Origin: Deltaproteobacteria bacterium
GTDB lineage: Bacteria; SAR324; NAC60-12
Direction of reading: 5' to 3'
Assembly: GCA_038150265.1 (NCBI GenBank)
Contig: JAYOTF010000002.1
Coordinates: 1-64,000, forward strand
DNA: 64,000 nt
Below the pieces are notes generated by a model. It was not told where the DNA came from. It did not search any database and saw nothing but the letters and a program-made list of their open reading frames with translations. Of the stretch, positions 1 to 9,591 are shown piece after piece; positions within the stretch are counted from its first letter, which is position 1; each line of letters opens with the position of its first letter. The position numbers and the translations under genes are program-made.

Positions 1-56
1 CCTATGCGCCTATGGTACTGCCGGGGAAGCTCGGCGGGAGAGTCGGTCGGCGCCGA
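1..56 (+). rRNA. rrf: 5S rRNA, 3' half (5' end outside window)
   Basis: GCGCCTATGGTACTGCC...GGGAGAGTCGGTCGGCGCC matches the conserved 3' half of bacterial 5S rRNA (GCCGATGGTA...GGGAGAGTAGG.CG.CGCC); exact 3' end approximate. Confidence 0.85.
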
Positions 57-95
57 CTCCTTTAAGTGAGAGATTTTCTATTTGAACGACCTTGA

Positions 96-170
96 AGGCG
101 CGTAGCTCAGTGGGAGAGCACTTCCCCGACACGGAAGGGGTCGGCGGTTCAATCCCGCCCGCGCCTACCA
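96..170 (+). tRNA. tRNA-Val(GAC)
   Basis: Cloverleaf: AGGCGCG/CGCGCCT acceptor stem, CTTCC/GGAAG anticodon stem, loop CC-GAC-AC, GGTTCAATCC T-arm, encoded CCA. Confidence 0.95.
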
Positions 171-206
171 TCTCCTGAAATCACACATTTTGGAGGAGCC
201 ATAGGA

Positions 207-749
207 ATTCGCAGATCTCGCATTCCTACCAAGCAAGAGGATTCCACCCGGACCAACGAAAACATCACGGCTTCCACCGTCCGCCTCATTGGCGGAGATG
301 GTGGACAGCTGGGAGTCATGAGCGTCGAAGAAGCCATGGCCGAAGCCGAAAGGGCCGGTCTGGACTTGGTTGAAATCTCCCCGAAAGCTACTCCTCCAGT
401 CTGTCGGTTGATGGACTATGGGAAGTTCAAGTATCAGCAAAGCAAGCGACAGCACGCGGCCAAGCAGCATCAGAAGGTGACGCATCTCAAGGAAGTAAAG
501 ATGCGGCCAAAAATCGAGGAACACGACTTTCAGTTCAAACTCCGGAACGCGATCCGCTTCCTGGAAGACGGCGACAAGGTCAAGGTCCTCGTGATGTTCA
601 TGGGCCGTCAGATCGCTCGCAAGGAGCTCGGCCTCGCTCTGCTGGAACGCTTTCAGCAGGAACTTGGGGAAAAAGCCGTTCTTGAACAACCCGCGAAAAG
701 CGAAGGTCGTTCAATGTTCATGATTCTTTCACCACCCAAAAAGAAATAA
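207..749 (+). CDS. infC: Translation initiation factor IF-3; probable non-canonical start ATT at 207 (or ATA at 201)
   Basis: IF3 motifs [25 protein letters not shown] and [14 protein letters not shown]; the frame is open upstream of ATG 318 ([15 protein letters not shown] is the IF3 N-terminus); SD GGAGGAG at 192-198. Confidence 0.95.
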   Translation: MRRSRIPTKQEDSTRTNENITASTVRLIGGDGGQLGVMSVEEAMAEAERAGLDLVEISPKATPPVCRLMDYGKFKYQQSKRQHAAKQHQKVTHLKEVKMRPKIEEHDFQFKLRNAIRFLEDGDKVKVLVMFMGRQIARKELGLALLERFQQELGEKAVLEQPAKSEGRSMFMILSPPKKK

Positions 750-750
750 G

Positions 751-948
751 ATGGCTGTTAAGACCAAAACCCATCGTGGAGCGGCCAAGCGCTTCAAGAA
801 AACAGCCGGGGGCCTGAAACGGAAGAAAGCCTTCCTTCGCCACGGAATGAGAAAACGTAACCAAGACGTGAAACGTGTTCTGCGCCAGAAGACCATGGTC
901 TGCAAAGCTGATGCTGAACGAGTTTCCGCAATGCTTCCGAACGGATAA
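751..948 (+). CDS. rpmI: 50S ribosomal protein L35
   Basis: [15 protein letters not shown] motif; lies between infC and rplT. Confidence 0.97.
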   Translation: MAVKTKTHRGAAKRFKKTAGGLKRKKAFLRHGMRKRNQDVKRVLRQKTMVCKADAERVSAMLPNG

Positions 949-950
949 TC

Positions 951-1310
951 ATGGCACGCATCAAGCGAGCAGTTAACGCTAATAAACGAAAAAAAGCCTA
1001 CTTCAAGGCGGCAAAAGGCTACCGTGGTGGCCGCAGCCGTTTGTGGCGAACCGTTAAGGATGCGGTTGACCGCTCCCGAGAATACAGCTACCGCGACCGT
1101 AAGGTCCGAAAGCGTGACTTCCGCTCCTTGTGGATCGTCCGCATCAACGCGGCCGTCCGCGATCTGGGACTGAGCTACAGCCAGTTCATGCACGGACTGA
1201 AAGAGCTGAACATTGAGATGGACCGCAAAGCGCTGGCCAATCTCGCAGTGGAAGAGCCCCAAGCCTTTTCAGCGATTGCTGAGCAGGTGAAGGTGAAGCT
1301 CGCCGCCTAG
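951..1310 (+). CDS. rplT: 50S ribosomal protein L20
   Basis: MARIKR..AKGYRG..YRDRKVRKRDFRSLWIVRINAA. Confidence 0.98.
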   Translation: MARIKRAVNANKRKKAYFKAAKGYRGGRSRLWRTVKDAVDRSREYSYRDRKVRKRDFRSLWIVRINAAVRDLGLSYSQFMHGLKELNIEMDRKALANLAVEEPQAFSAIAEQVKVKLAA

Positions 1311-1317
1311 TTCTGCA

Positions 1318-1350
1318 AGGCTCAGCACCTCCTCTGCTGAGCCTCTTTTT
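1318..1350 (+). terminator. Intrinsic terminator after rplT
   Basis: 10-bp stem AGGCTCAGCA/TGCTGAGCCT, 7-nt loop, followed by CTTTTT. Confidence 0.8.
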
Positions 1351-1521
1351 CCCCTCTTGGTTCTTCGACGATTCTTTCGTCCTCCTCCTCGCTTCCGTCA
1401 TCTGAGTTCCTCACCTGAGAAGAGCCTCCTCCTGTTGGTTCCGATCTCTCAGATCCTCCTCCGGAAGAGCCTGTCCCGGCTTCTGAATCCCTCATCCATT
1501 TAATTCGTGATCTGACTGATC

Positions 1522-1554
1522 GCTAATCGAACCTTAACATTGATGCGTTAGGCT
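1522..1554 (+). promoter_or_regulatory. Putative Pho-type promoter of pstCAB-phoU
   Basis: GCTAATC-N5-TTAACAT-N8-TAGGCT; identical spacing to the motif at 46989-47021 upstream of the putative phosphatase. Confidence 0.35.
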
Positions 1555-1599
1555 CTTTGGGCGTAGTAACTTTTGGCCTTCTTCAGAGTCGCATCCCTC

Positions 1600-2964
1600 A
1601 TGCCTCCCTTACTTTCAGCCGCATTCCTCCTCCTTCTCTTCTCTGCTTACATCATTGGACAGACCCGTGCCCGGACGGTCTCTCAGCAGCAGGGAAAGCT
1701 TCACTCCCTTCCGACGTACCACGGATATTACGTGGCCCTCTGGTGTGGAATCCCCGCCATCTTGGTCGCTGTGGGGTGGTTGATGATTGAGCACTGGCTC
1801 TTCAAGGACTGGGTGCTGAGCTCCATCAATCTGGATTTAGCTCAGGGCCAACGGGAGCTGCTTTACAATGAGATTTCGGTCTTGGCTGACGGCGGAACCT
1901 TTCAGCCCAGCAGTCCGGAAGTGGCCACTGCGGCTCAGCAACTGGCTGACTGGAGAAGCGTGAGTGCCATGAGTCGGACCAGCCTTGTGTTGGTGCTGAT
2001 GATCCTGGGCACCCTGTTCGCCCGCACCAAGGTGGCTCCTCACTTCCGAGCCCGCCACACGGTGGAACGCTTCTTTACCGGATTTCTGATTCTCAGCTCA
2101 ACCATTGCCATCCTGACGACGGTCGGCATTGTGGTTTCGCTGCTTTTTGAAAGCTGGCGCTTCTTTGAACAGATCTCCCCGATTGAGTTCCTCTTTGGCA
2201 CCAAGTGGTATCCCCAGATTTCGATCCGGGCCGACCAGGCAGCCAGTGAGGGGGCGTTTGGTGCGATTCCCCTGTTTGCCGGAACGCTGCTGATCTCGAT
2301 GGTTGCCATGCTGGTTGCTGTACCGATTGGACTCTTCTCTGCGATCTACTTTGCAGAGTATGCCTCAAAGGGATTGCGGTCCTGGATCAAGCCGATGCTG
2401 GAAATCCTCGCCGGAGTGCCGACGGTGGTGTATGGCTTCTTTGCCGCACTGACCGTTGCTCCCTGGATCAAGGATTCCGGAACCAGTTTGGGGCTCGATG
2501 TCTCTTCCCAGAGCGCACTGGCTGCCGGATTGGTGATGGGGGTGATGATCATTCCCTTCATCTCGTCACTGTCAGATGACGTGATCAACGCTGTTCCCCA
2601 GACCCTGAGGGATGGCTCCTATGCCATGGGCGCCACCAAGTCCGAAACGATCAAGCAGGTGATCATGCCTGCTGCTCTGCCTGGAATTGTAGGGGCCGTG
2701 CTCCTGGCAGTGTCCCGGGCAGTGGGAGAGACCATGATTGTGGTGATGGCGGCAGGATTGGCCGCCAAGCTGACCATGAATCCACTGGAAAACGTGACCA
2801 CCGTGACGGTGCAGATTGTGGTGGCGCTGGTGGGGGATCAGGAGTTTGATGACCCCAAAACCCTGTCGGCCTTTGCCCTTGGGCTGGTCCTCTTCATTGT
2901 CACGCTCATCCTCAACGTGATCGCCCTGCAGATCGTAAAACGCTACCGAGAAAAGTATGACTGA
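1600..2964 (+). CDS. pstC: Phosphate ABC transporter permease PstC with N-terminal extension
   Basis: KPMLEILAGVPTVVYGFF, EAA-like loop (GSYAMGATKSETI), SRAVGETMIV; start at ATG 1600 or TTG 1573. Confidence 0.95.
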   Translation: MPPLLSAAFLLLLFSAYIIGQTRARTVSQQQGKLHSLPTYHGYYVALWCGIPAILVAVGWLMIEHWLFKDWVLSSINLDLAQGQRELLYNEISVLADGGTFQPSSPEVATAAQQLADWRSVSAMSRTSLVLVLMILGTLFARTKVAPHFRARHTVERFFTGFLILSSTIAILTTVGIVVSLLFESWRFFEQISPIEFLFGTKWYPQISIRADQAASEGAFGAIPLFAGTLLISMVAMLVAVPIGLFSAIYFAEYASKGLRSWIKPMLEILAGVPTVVYGFFAALTVAPWIKDSGTSLGLDVSSQSALAAGLVMGVMIIPFISSLSDDVINAVPQTLRDGSYAMGATKSETIKQVIMPAALPGIVGAVLLAVSRAVGETMIVVMAAGLAAKLTMNPLENVTTVTVQIVVALVGDQEFDDPKTLSAFALGLVLFIVTLILNVIALQIVKRYREKYD

Positions 2965-4246
2965 TCGTTCGCAACGAGATCCGGAATTCAGCAACCGATT
3001 GGTCCGGAAGCGTTACGCCGCTGAGCGACGGTTTCGCTTTTACGGCATCCTTGCCATGACACTGGGGGTGGGAGCCGTTGGCTTCCTCATCTTTACCATC
3101 TTTTCTTCCGGATACACCGCCTTCAGCCGGACTCGCCTGGCGGTTGAAGTCTTCCTGGACACCAATCGCCTGGGCGTGACGGCTCAGAGCAGCGCGGAAG
3201 AATTAAGACGGGTCAGCTACGATTCGGTGCTGCGGCAAGCGTGGGTCGAATCCTTCCCGGAGGTGAAGGCCCGCTCGGATCGCCGAGAATTGCTCCAGTT
3301 GCTGAGCTCCGGAGCCGGCAACGAGATCCGGCAAGCGGTCCTGGAGGATCCGGAACTGCTGGGAACCACCCATACCTTTAACGTCCTGGCGACTTCAAAT
3401 GTCGACCAGATCCTCAAGGGAAACGCACCTCGCGACATTGAGGAGTCCCGGCGCCTGATCAGCGACAAGCAACTCGCCTGGGTGGATCAGATTCAGGCAG
3501 AAGGGCGCATGTCCCAAACATTCAACACCGGTTTTTTCTTGAACGGAGATTCAAGAGCTGCTGAGATTGCCGGCTTGGGAGGCGCCCTCATTGGGTCACT
3601 CTACGCCTTGCTGGTGTGCTTCCTCCTCAGCTTTCCGGTTGGGGTGGCGGCGGCAATGTACCTGGAGGAGTTTGCGCCGAAGAACCGCTGGACCGAACTG
3701 ATTGAGGTCAACATCAACAACCTGGCTGCGGTCCCGTCCATCGTCTTTGGACTGCTGGGGCTGGCGGTCTTCCTCAACTTCTTTGGTGTGCCTCGGGGAA
3801 CACCGCTGGCTGGGGGACTGGTTCTGTCGCTGATGACACTCCCGACCATCATCATTGCCTGTCGAGCGTCCATCAAGGCCGTGCCTCCCAGCATCCGGGA
3901 AGCCGCCTTGGGCATGGGAGCGTCGCCAATGCAGGTCATGATTCACCATGTGTTGCCGCTGGCGCTGCCCGGAACCCTGACCGGAACCATCATTGGCCTG
4001 GCCCAGGCACTGGGAGAGACGGCTCCGCTGCTGATGATCGGCATGTTCGCCTTTGTGGCCGATATCCCGGGCGGACCACTGCAGTCAGCCTCTGCGCTTC
4101 CGGTACAAATCTATTTGTGGGCCGAGAGCTCGGAACGGGGATACGTCGAATTAACGGCCGCCGGCATCATGGTCATCCTCATCTTCTTGATTGCCATGAA
4201 TTCCCTGGCGGTCATTTTACGAAAACGCTTTGAACGCCGCTGGTAA
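2957..4246 (+). CDS. pstA: Phosphate ABC transporter permease PstA
   Basis: INNLAAVPSIVFGLLG, REAALGMGAS, GETAPLL. Confidence 0.95.
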   Translation: MTDRSQRDPEFSNRLVRKRYAAERRFRFYGILAMTLGVGAVGFLIFTIFSSGYTAFSRTRLAVEVFLDTNRLGVTAQSSAEELRRVSYDSVLRQAWVESFPEVKARSDRRELLQLLSSGAGNEIRQAVLEDPELLGTTHTFNVLATSNVDQILKGNAPRDIEESRRLISDKQLAWVDQIQAEGRMSQTFNTGFFLNGDSRAAEIAGLGGALIGSLYALLVCFLLSFPVGVAAAMYLEEFAPKNRWTELIEVNINNLAAVPSIVFGLLGLAVFLNFFGVPRGTPLAGGLVLSLMTLPTIIIACRASIKAVPPSIREAALGMGASPMQVMIHHVLPLALPGTLTGTIIGLAQALGETAPLLMIGMFAFVADIPGGPLQSASALPVQIYLWAESSERGYVELTAAGIMVILIFLIAMNSLAVILRKRFERRW

Positions 4247-4258
4247 CCTTCGGAATCC

Positions 4259-5080
4259 ATGTACTCAAATCGAACCATGAACGAACCAAAAGCAACCTCG
4301 GTGGCACAAAAAGCTGAGTCGCCTACCTATCGAATCACTGCGCATGATGTCCGGGTCTTCTATGGCGACAAAGAGGCGCTGCATGGGATCGACATCAACA
4401 TCCAGGCGAACAGCGTGACCGCCCTGATTGGCCCTTCCGGATGTGGCAAGTCCACCTTCTTGCGTTGCATCAACCGCATGAATGATGTGATTGAAGGGTG
4501 CCGGGTGACTGGAACCATTGCTCTGGACGGAAACGATATTTATGATCCGAAGCTGGATGTGGTGCAACTCCGGGAAAAGGTGGGAATGGTCTTTCAGAAG
4601 CCCAACCCGTTTCCGAAGTCGATTTACGACAACATCGCCTACGGCCCCCGGATTCATGGGCTGGCTCAGAGTCGGCAGGAGCTGGACGAGATTGTGGAAA
4701 CGAGCCTCCAGCGCGCCGGGTTGTTTGAGGAGGTGAAGGACCGTCTTGCGGAGCCTGGAACCGGACTTTCCGGGGGGCAGCAGCAGCGGCTGTGCATTGC
4801 TCGGGCGATCTCGGTGAATCCGGAGGTGATCCTCATGGACGAGCCTGCCTCGGCGCTGGATCCGATTGCCACGGCGCGCATTGAGGAGCTGATTGACGAA
4901 CTGCGGCAGAACTACACGATCATCATCGTCACGCACTCCATGCAGCAGGCGGCCCGGGTTTCCCAGCAGACCGGATTCTTCCACATGGGAGACCTGGTTG
5001 AGTTTGGTCCCACTGACGACATCTTCGTGCGCCCGCAGGACAAGCGGACGCAGGATTACATTACCGGACGTTTTGGATAA
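4259..5080 (+). CDS. pstB: Phosphate ABC transporter ATPase PstB
   Basis: [39 protein letters not shown]-terminal YITGRFG. Confidence 0.97.
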   Translation: MYSNRTMNEPKATSVAQKAESPTYRITAHDVRVFYGDKEALHGIDINIQANSVTALIGPSGCGKSTFLRCINRMNDVIEGCRVTGTIALDGNDIYDPKLDVVQLREKVGMVFQKPNPFPKSIYDNIAYGPRIHGLAQSRQELDEIVETSLQRAGLFEEVKDRLAEPGTGLSGGQQQRLCIARAISVNPEVILMDEPASALDPIATARIEELIDELRQNYTIIIVTHSMQQAARVSQQTGFFHMGDLVEFGPTDDIFVRPQDKRTQDYITGRFG

Positions 5081-5084
5081 CATC

Positions 5085-5738
5085 ATGCCCTCACACCTGG
5101 AAAAGCAAATCAATCAACTCAAGCACAACGCCCTCCGGCTTTCGACGGTGGTGGAAGACAGCGTTCAGCGGGCCCTCACCGCCTTTGAGCAACGTGATGC
5201 CGAACTCGCGGCCCGGGTGATTGCCGAAGACCGGCACATCGATGTCATGGAAATCGACCTGGAAGAGGAGTGCCTGAAGCTGCTGGCGCTCTACCAACCG
5301 GTGGCCCTCGACCTGCGCTACATCGTGTCCATCCTGAAGATTGACGGAGAATTGGAAAACATTGGCGACCAGGCCAAGGACATTGCGCGGCGGGTGCAGG
5401 CGCTCTGTGACCTCCCGGAAAATGAGCTGAAGTTCGACTTCACGCCGCTGATCAACAAGGTCCAGTGGATGCTGAAGAACAGCCTGGACTCGCTCATCAT
5501 GCTCGACGCCGCGTTGGCCCGGAAGGTGTGCTCGGTGGATGATGAAGTGGACGACATGTATGACGAGCTGCTCAGCAAGATTCATGACGCCATGGACGTG
5601 CACCACGGACACATCAAGAGTCTGATTGAGGAGCAGCGGATCTGCGTGTACCTGGAGCAGATTGCGGACTATGCCAAGAAGATCGCTGAAGATGTCGTGT
5701 ACACAGCGGAGGCCGTGGTGATCCGACACCAGAAGTAA
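5085..5738 (+). CDS. phoU: Phosphate signalling protein PhoU
   Basis: LALYQPVALDLR, ELENIGD, DDEVDDMY, YLEQIADYA repeats; ATG 4 nt after the pstB stop. Confidence 0.93.
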   Translation: MPSHLEKQINQLKHNALRLSTVVEDSVQRALTAFEQRDAELAARVIAEDRHIDVMEIDLEEECLKLLALYQPVALDLRYIVSILKIDGELENIGDQAKDIARRVQALCDLPENELKFDFTPLINKVQWMLKNSLDSLIMLDAALARKVCSVDDEVDDMYDELLSKIHDAMDVHHGHIKSLIEEQRICVYLEQIADYAKKIAEDVVYTAEAVVIRHQK

Positions 5739-7001
5739 CTACCGCCTGAGGGCCTTGGCGGCAATGTCCTGCCGAAACTGCTTCCCCTTGAACTGAACGC
5801 GTTCCATCGCGGCATAAGCCCTGGAACGCGCTTCCTCCAGGTCCTGCCCCTGTGCCGTGACGCCAAAGACGCGTCCCCCATTGGTCACAAGCTGTCCTTC
5901 CTGCAACCGCGTTCCCGCATGAAACAGCTGAGCCGCCTCACCTGTTCCTTCAGTTAGAGTGATGGGCAAACCCTTGGTGGGCGGGCCCGGATATCCGGGA
6001 GCCGCAGCGATCACGCACACGGAGGCTTCCGAGTGCCACTCAATGGGAAGGGTGGCCAACGAGCCGTTCAAGGTCGCCAGGATGATCTCCAGCAGGTCTG
6101 TTTTGAGCCGCGGAAGAATCACCTGGGCCTCCGGATCGCCAAAGCGGACGTTGAATTCAATCACCTTGGGTCCCTCAGCGGTCATCATCAATCCGGCATA
6201 GAGAATCCCTCGAAAGGGCCTGCCCGCCTGCACCAGTCCCGATGCCAGCGGCTGGAGGATGGTCTCCGTAATGGCTGGCAGGGCGGCTTCCAGGTGAGGA
6301 ACGGGCGAATAGGCGCCCATGCCTCCGGTATTGGGGCCGAGGTCTCCGTCAAAGATGGGCTTGTGGTCCTGTGAGGGAACCATGGGCCGGACGGTTTCGC
6401 CATCGACAAATGCCAGGACCGTCATCTCTTCCCCCCGCAGGCACTCCTCAATCACCACACGTGTTCCGGAAGCACCAAAGATCTGTTGGCCCATGGCCTC
6501 TTCCAGTGCCTGCTCCGCCTCTTCCACCGTTTCCGCAACCGTGACACCTTTACCGGCAGCGAGCCCATCGGCCTTGATGACGATGGGAGCCCCCTGCTCC
6601 TGAACGTAACGCCGGGCGGCATCGAGGTCGGTAAAGTCGGCATAAGCTGCAGTCGGAATGCCCACCTGTGCCATGATGCCCTTGGCGAAGGCCTTGCTGC
6701 CTTCCAGTTGTGCCGACTGCTGATCCGGACCGAAAACGGCCAGCCCCGCTTCCTGAAAGGCATCCACGATTCCCAGCGTCAGGGGCTCTTCCGGACCCAC
6801 CACTGTGAGGTCAAGGGCCTGCTCCTTGGCAAACTGGAGGAGGCCGTTCAGGTCATTGGCGGCAATCGGGACACACTCGGCCAACTCGGCAATGCCCGGA
6901 TTTCCGGGGGCGCAGTAGAGGGTGTGAACGCGGGGGCTCTGGTGGAGCTTCCAGACCAGCGCATGCTCGCGCCCACCGTTACCAATGACTAAAACCTTCA
7001 T
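5739..7001 (-). CDS. purD: Phosphoribosylamine-glycine ligase
   Basis: MKVLVIGNGGREHAL, KADGLAAGKGV, GPNTGGMGAYSP, EFNVRFGDPE. Confidence 0.98.
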   Translation of the reverse strand: MKVLVIGNGGREHALVWKLHQSPRVHTLYCAPGNPGIAELAECVPIAANDLNGLLQFAKEQALDLTVVGPEEPLTLGIVDAFQEAGLAVFGPDQQSAQLEGSKAFAKGIMAQVGIPTAAYADFTDLDAARRYVQEQGAPIVIKADGLAAGKGVTVAETVEEAEQALEEAMGQQIFGASGTRVVIEECLRGEEMTVLAFVDGETVRPMVPSQDHKPIFDGDLGPNTGGMGAYSPVPHLEAALPAITETILQPLASGLVQAGRPFRGILYAGLMMTAEGPKVIEFNVRFGDPEAQVILPRLKTDLLEIILATLNGSLATLPIEWHSEASVCVIAAAPGYPGPPTKGLPITLTEGTGEAAQLFHAGTRLQEGQLVTNGGRVFGVTAQGQDLEEARSRAYAAMERVQFKGKQFRQDIAAKALRR

Positions 7002-7101
7002 GACATCCTGAACAAAAGCTGAGTAAGAAGAGGAATCGGCTCCACAGGCCGATGGAGAAACCAGGCAGCGGCACCCATTGTCCGAGGCTTGAGGCTCGGG
7101 T

Positions 7102-9591
7102 TCAAGACAACTCCCCTGCGCGTTCGGTGGGACGATCGCGTTCCAGGACGGCCATCAGTGCGGGCGCCACCATCAGGTCGGCAAGGAGCGCAAAGAGCAA
7201 GGCCGTACCAGTGATGAGCCCAAAGGAGAAGAGGTTGCTCATGTGGGAAATGATGTAGGTGTAAAATCCGCTGGCAAGCACCACCGTGGTAAAGAGCATG
7301 GCGCGTCCGGTGGTGGTGAGGGTCTGGTGCACCGCCTGCTTGACGTCGCCCGTCTGGTCATGAAAGCGCCGGAAGTTGTGCAGGAAGTGAATGGTATCAT
7401 CGACCGCCAAACCCAGGGCGATGCTGCCCACGAGGATCGACATGGCATCAAGGGGCAAGTCCAGGAGCTGCATCAGCCCCAGCCCAAGGACGATGGGCAG
7501 GAAGTTCGGGATCATGCTCCATAGCCCCAACCGTACACTCCCCAGGACCATCATCATCATTACGGTGATCACTCCGCTGGCGATGAGGTAGCTCTCAACC
7601 ATGCTGGTCATCAGGAGCTGAATGGTGTGAGACATCAAGGTCAGGAAGCCCGTCAGCACAATCTGGGTGTCCGGACCAAAGAGCCGATGGGCCAACTCCT
7701 CCACCGCATCCAGCATGGGCACGTAAGCATTGGCGTCGGTCCACGGCATCTTCATCGTGATCCGAGCGGTGGTGTACTCCGGATCGACCAGCCGCTCCAG
7801 GTCATCGGAGCCTGCATTTTCAAACAGCAGCAGCTCCTGCGAGATCAGGTCGGCAGACTCCGGAATCGTGTACGCAGACGGCTCGTTGTTGTTCAGAGCC
7901 TGATGAATCTGCTTGAGGGTATCGGCAATGGAGGTGGACTTGCCAACGTAGATCGCGCCCACCTGAAGCTGCTCTGCCTCACGGTTGAACTGCTCCAGGG
8001 TGTTCAGGGTTTCCGGGGCCTTCACGCTTTGCGGAGGCTGCACCAACAGCTCGGCAATCGCGGCTCCTCGCATCTCCCGGTTGATCGTCTCGCTGGCCAG
8101 ACGCGCCTCGCTGTCTTCCGGAAGCCAAACGACCGGATCATGAGAGAACCGGAGGTCCAGAGACAGCACCAGCGCTCCCACCACTGCCAGACCAAAGCAA
8201 AGGAGCACCGAACGCGCATGCTGCACAGAAAAATCACCGATGCCGGCCAGAAGCTTCTCGGAAAAGGTCTCGCCCTGTTGCTCGGGAAGGGCGCGGGGAC
8301 GCAACGGCATGAGCGACACGAGCGCCGGAAGCAGCGTCAGCGCCAGCACCACCGAAAGCAGGACCCCCAAGGCTCCGAACCGTCCCATTTGCGCAACGGG
8401 CTCCATGGGCGCCCCGGAAAACGAAAGCAACCCACCGGCGGTGGTGAGGCTGGTCACCAGGATCGCCAGCCCCGAGTGCCCCAGCGCGTTGACAAGCGAC
8501 TGCTCCTGAGACACCTGGCGGTCGAAGCTTTGGAAGAAGATGGTGAGCAGGTGCACCGAATAGCCCACCCCGACCGCCAGCATGAACGAGGGCAGGATTT
8601 GCGAAACAATGGTCACCGGGACTCCCATCCACGCCATGGCTCCGATTGTGCCGGCGAGGGACAACACGACCATGAGGAGGGGCAGCACAATGCCAACGAG
8701 CCTCCGGAGCACGAGGTACAGCAGCAGCACAATCAGGGTCATGGAGATGACGGTGAACCGAGGGATGTTGCTCATCATCTCCTCCAGGATCACACGCTCC
8801 ATCATGAGTGACCCGCCTTCGTAAATGAGGAAATCGTCCCGCTGAAACCGCTCCATGACACGTGAAACGGCACGGGTGAACTCCACTTTTTCCTCTTGGG
8901 TCAGCAGGCGGGGAGGGGCGAGTTCTGGCGCCGGCTCGGTTCCGGATGCCACGGACGGCTCCTCAAAGCCCCCGAGGTCGAGGGAGGCCTCGGTTCCGGA
9001 AGAGCCCTCAAATGCAAGCAGGTCTGCGGTGTCGGGTGCCGAAGGCTCCGGAGCGACCCAGGCGACTGGTCGGGCCACAATGAGCAACAGGCGCCCATCG
9101 GCAGAAACCAGATTGTTCTGATAAACGGGGGTGTTCCGGACTCGTTCCCAAAAGGTTTGCAGGGCCTGCTCATCCTCCGGAAACGGATCCATCAATTCCT
9201 TGACGACCAACTGGTCCCCTTCGCCGCGGGTCAAGGTGACGTTGACCAGGCTTTGCACCTCGTCCAGGTAGGGAAGCTCAGCCTCCAGAGCCTGATGCAG
9301 GTCCCGCAGAGTCCTGAGGGTCTCCAGCGAAAAGGGATCCGCTGGCTCCAGCATGAGCAGCACCGAGGCGTCGTTGCCGAATTGTTCCTTGAAGGCATTG
9401 TACGCCTGCAAGGAGTCGTCTTCTTGCTCAAAGAACCCCTCGGTGGAGGTGTCTACCGTGATGCGCCCCAGGGGCAGGAAGAGGACGGTCAGGAGGGTCA
9501 GGTTCAGGAGAATGACGAGCCAGCGCCACCGAATGATCCACCGGGCAAAGGTCTCGAAATAAACTTCGGTTTGGTGGATCCAGCGGCGCAT
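7102..9591 (-). CDS. MMPL/RND-superfamily membrane exporter
   Basis: Two repeats of one TM + periplasmic loop + five TM; LGLAVDDTIHF and TSLTTAGG motifs. Confidence 0.88.
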   Translation of the reverse strand: MRRWIHQTEVYFETFARWIIRWRWLVILLNLTLLTVLFLPLGRITVDTSTEGFFEQEDDSLQAYNAFKEQFGNDASVLLMLEPADPFSLETLRTLRDLHQALEAELPYLDEVQSLVNVTLTRGEGDQLVVKELMDPFPEDEQALQTFWERVRNTPVYQNNLVSADGRLLLIVARPVAWVAPEPSAPDTADLLAFEGSSGTEASLDLGGFEEPSVASGTEPAPELAPPRLLTQEEKVEFTRAVSRVMERFQRDDFLIYEGGSLMMERVILEEMMSNIPRFTVISMTLIVLLLYLVLRRLVGIVLPLLMVVLSLAGTIGAMAWMGVPVTIVSQILPSFMLAVGVGYSVHLLTIFFQSFDRQVSQEQSLVNALGHSGLAILVTSLTTAGGLLSFSGAPMEPVAQMGRFGALGVLLSVVLALTLLPALVSLMPLRPRALPEQQGETFSEKLLAGIGDFSVQHARSVLLCFGLAVVGALVLSLDLRFSHDPVVWLPEDSEARLASETINREMRGAAIAELLVQPPQSVKAPETLNTLEQFNREAEQLQVGAIYVGKSTSIADTLKQIHQALNNNEPSAYTIPESADLISQELLLFENAGSDDLERLVDPEYTTARITMKMPWTDANAYVPMLDAVEELAHRLFGPDTQIVLTGFLTLMSHTIQLLMTSMVESYLIASGVITVMMMMVLGSVRLGLWSMIPNFLPIVLGLGLMQLLDLPLDAMSILVGSIALGLAVDDTIHFLHNFRRFHDQTGDVKQAVHQTLTTTGRAMLFTTVVLASGFYTYIISHMSNLFSFGLITGTALLFALLADLMVAPALMAVLERDRPTERAGELS

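Noticed and set aside
4893..5084. N-terminal extensions in the ORF track for phoU, apbC, tsaB, rpoD, the acyl-CoA ligase and the DCC gene
   Set aside because: They overlap neighbouring genes and lack family similarity; downstream starts were used.
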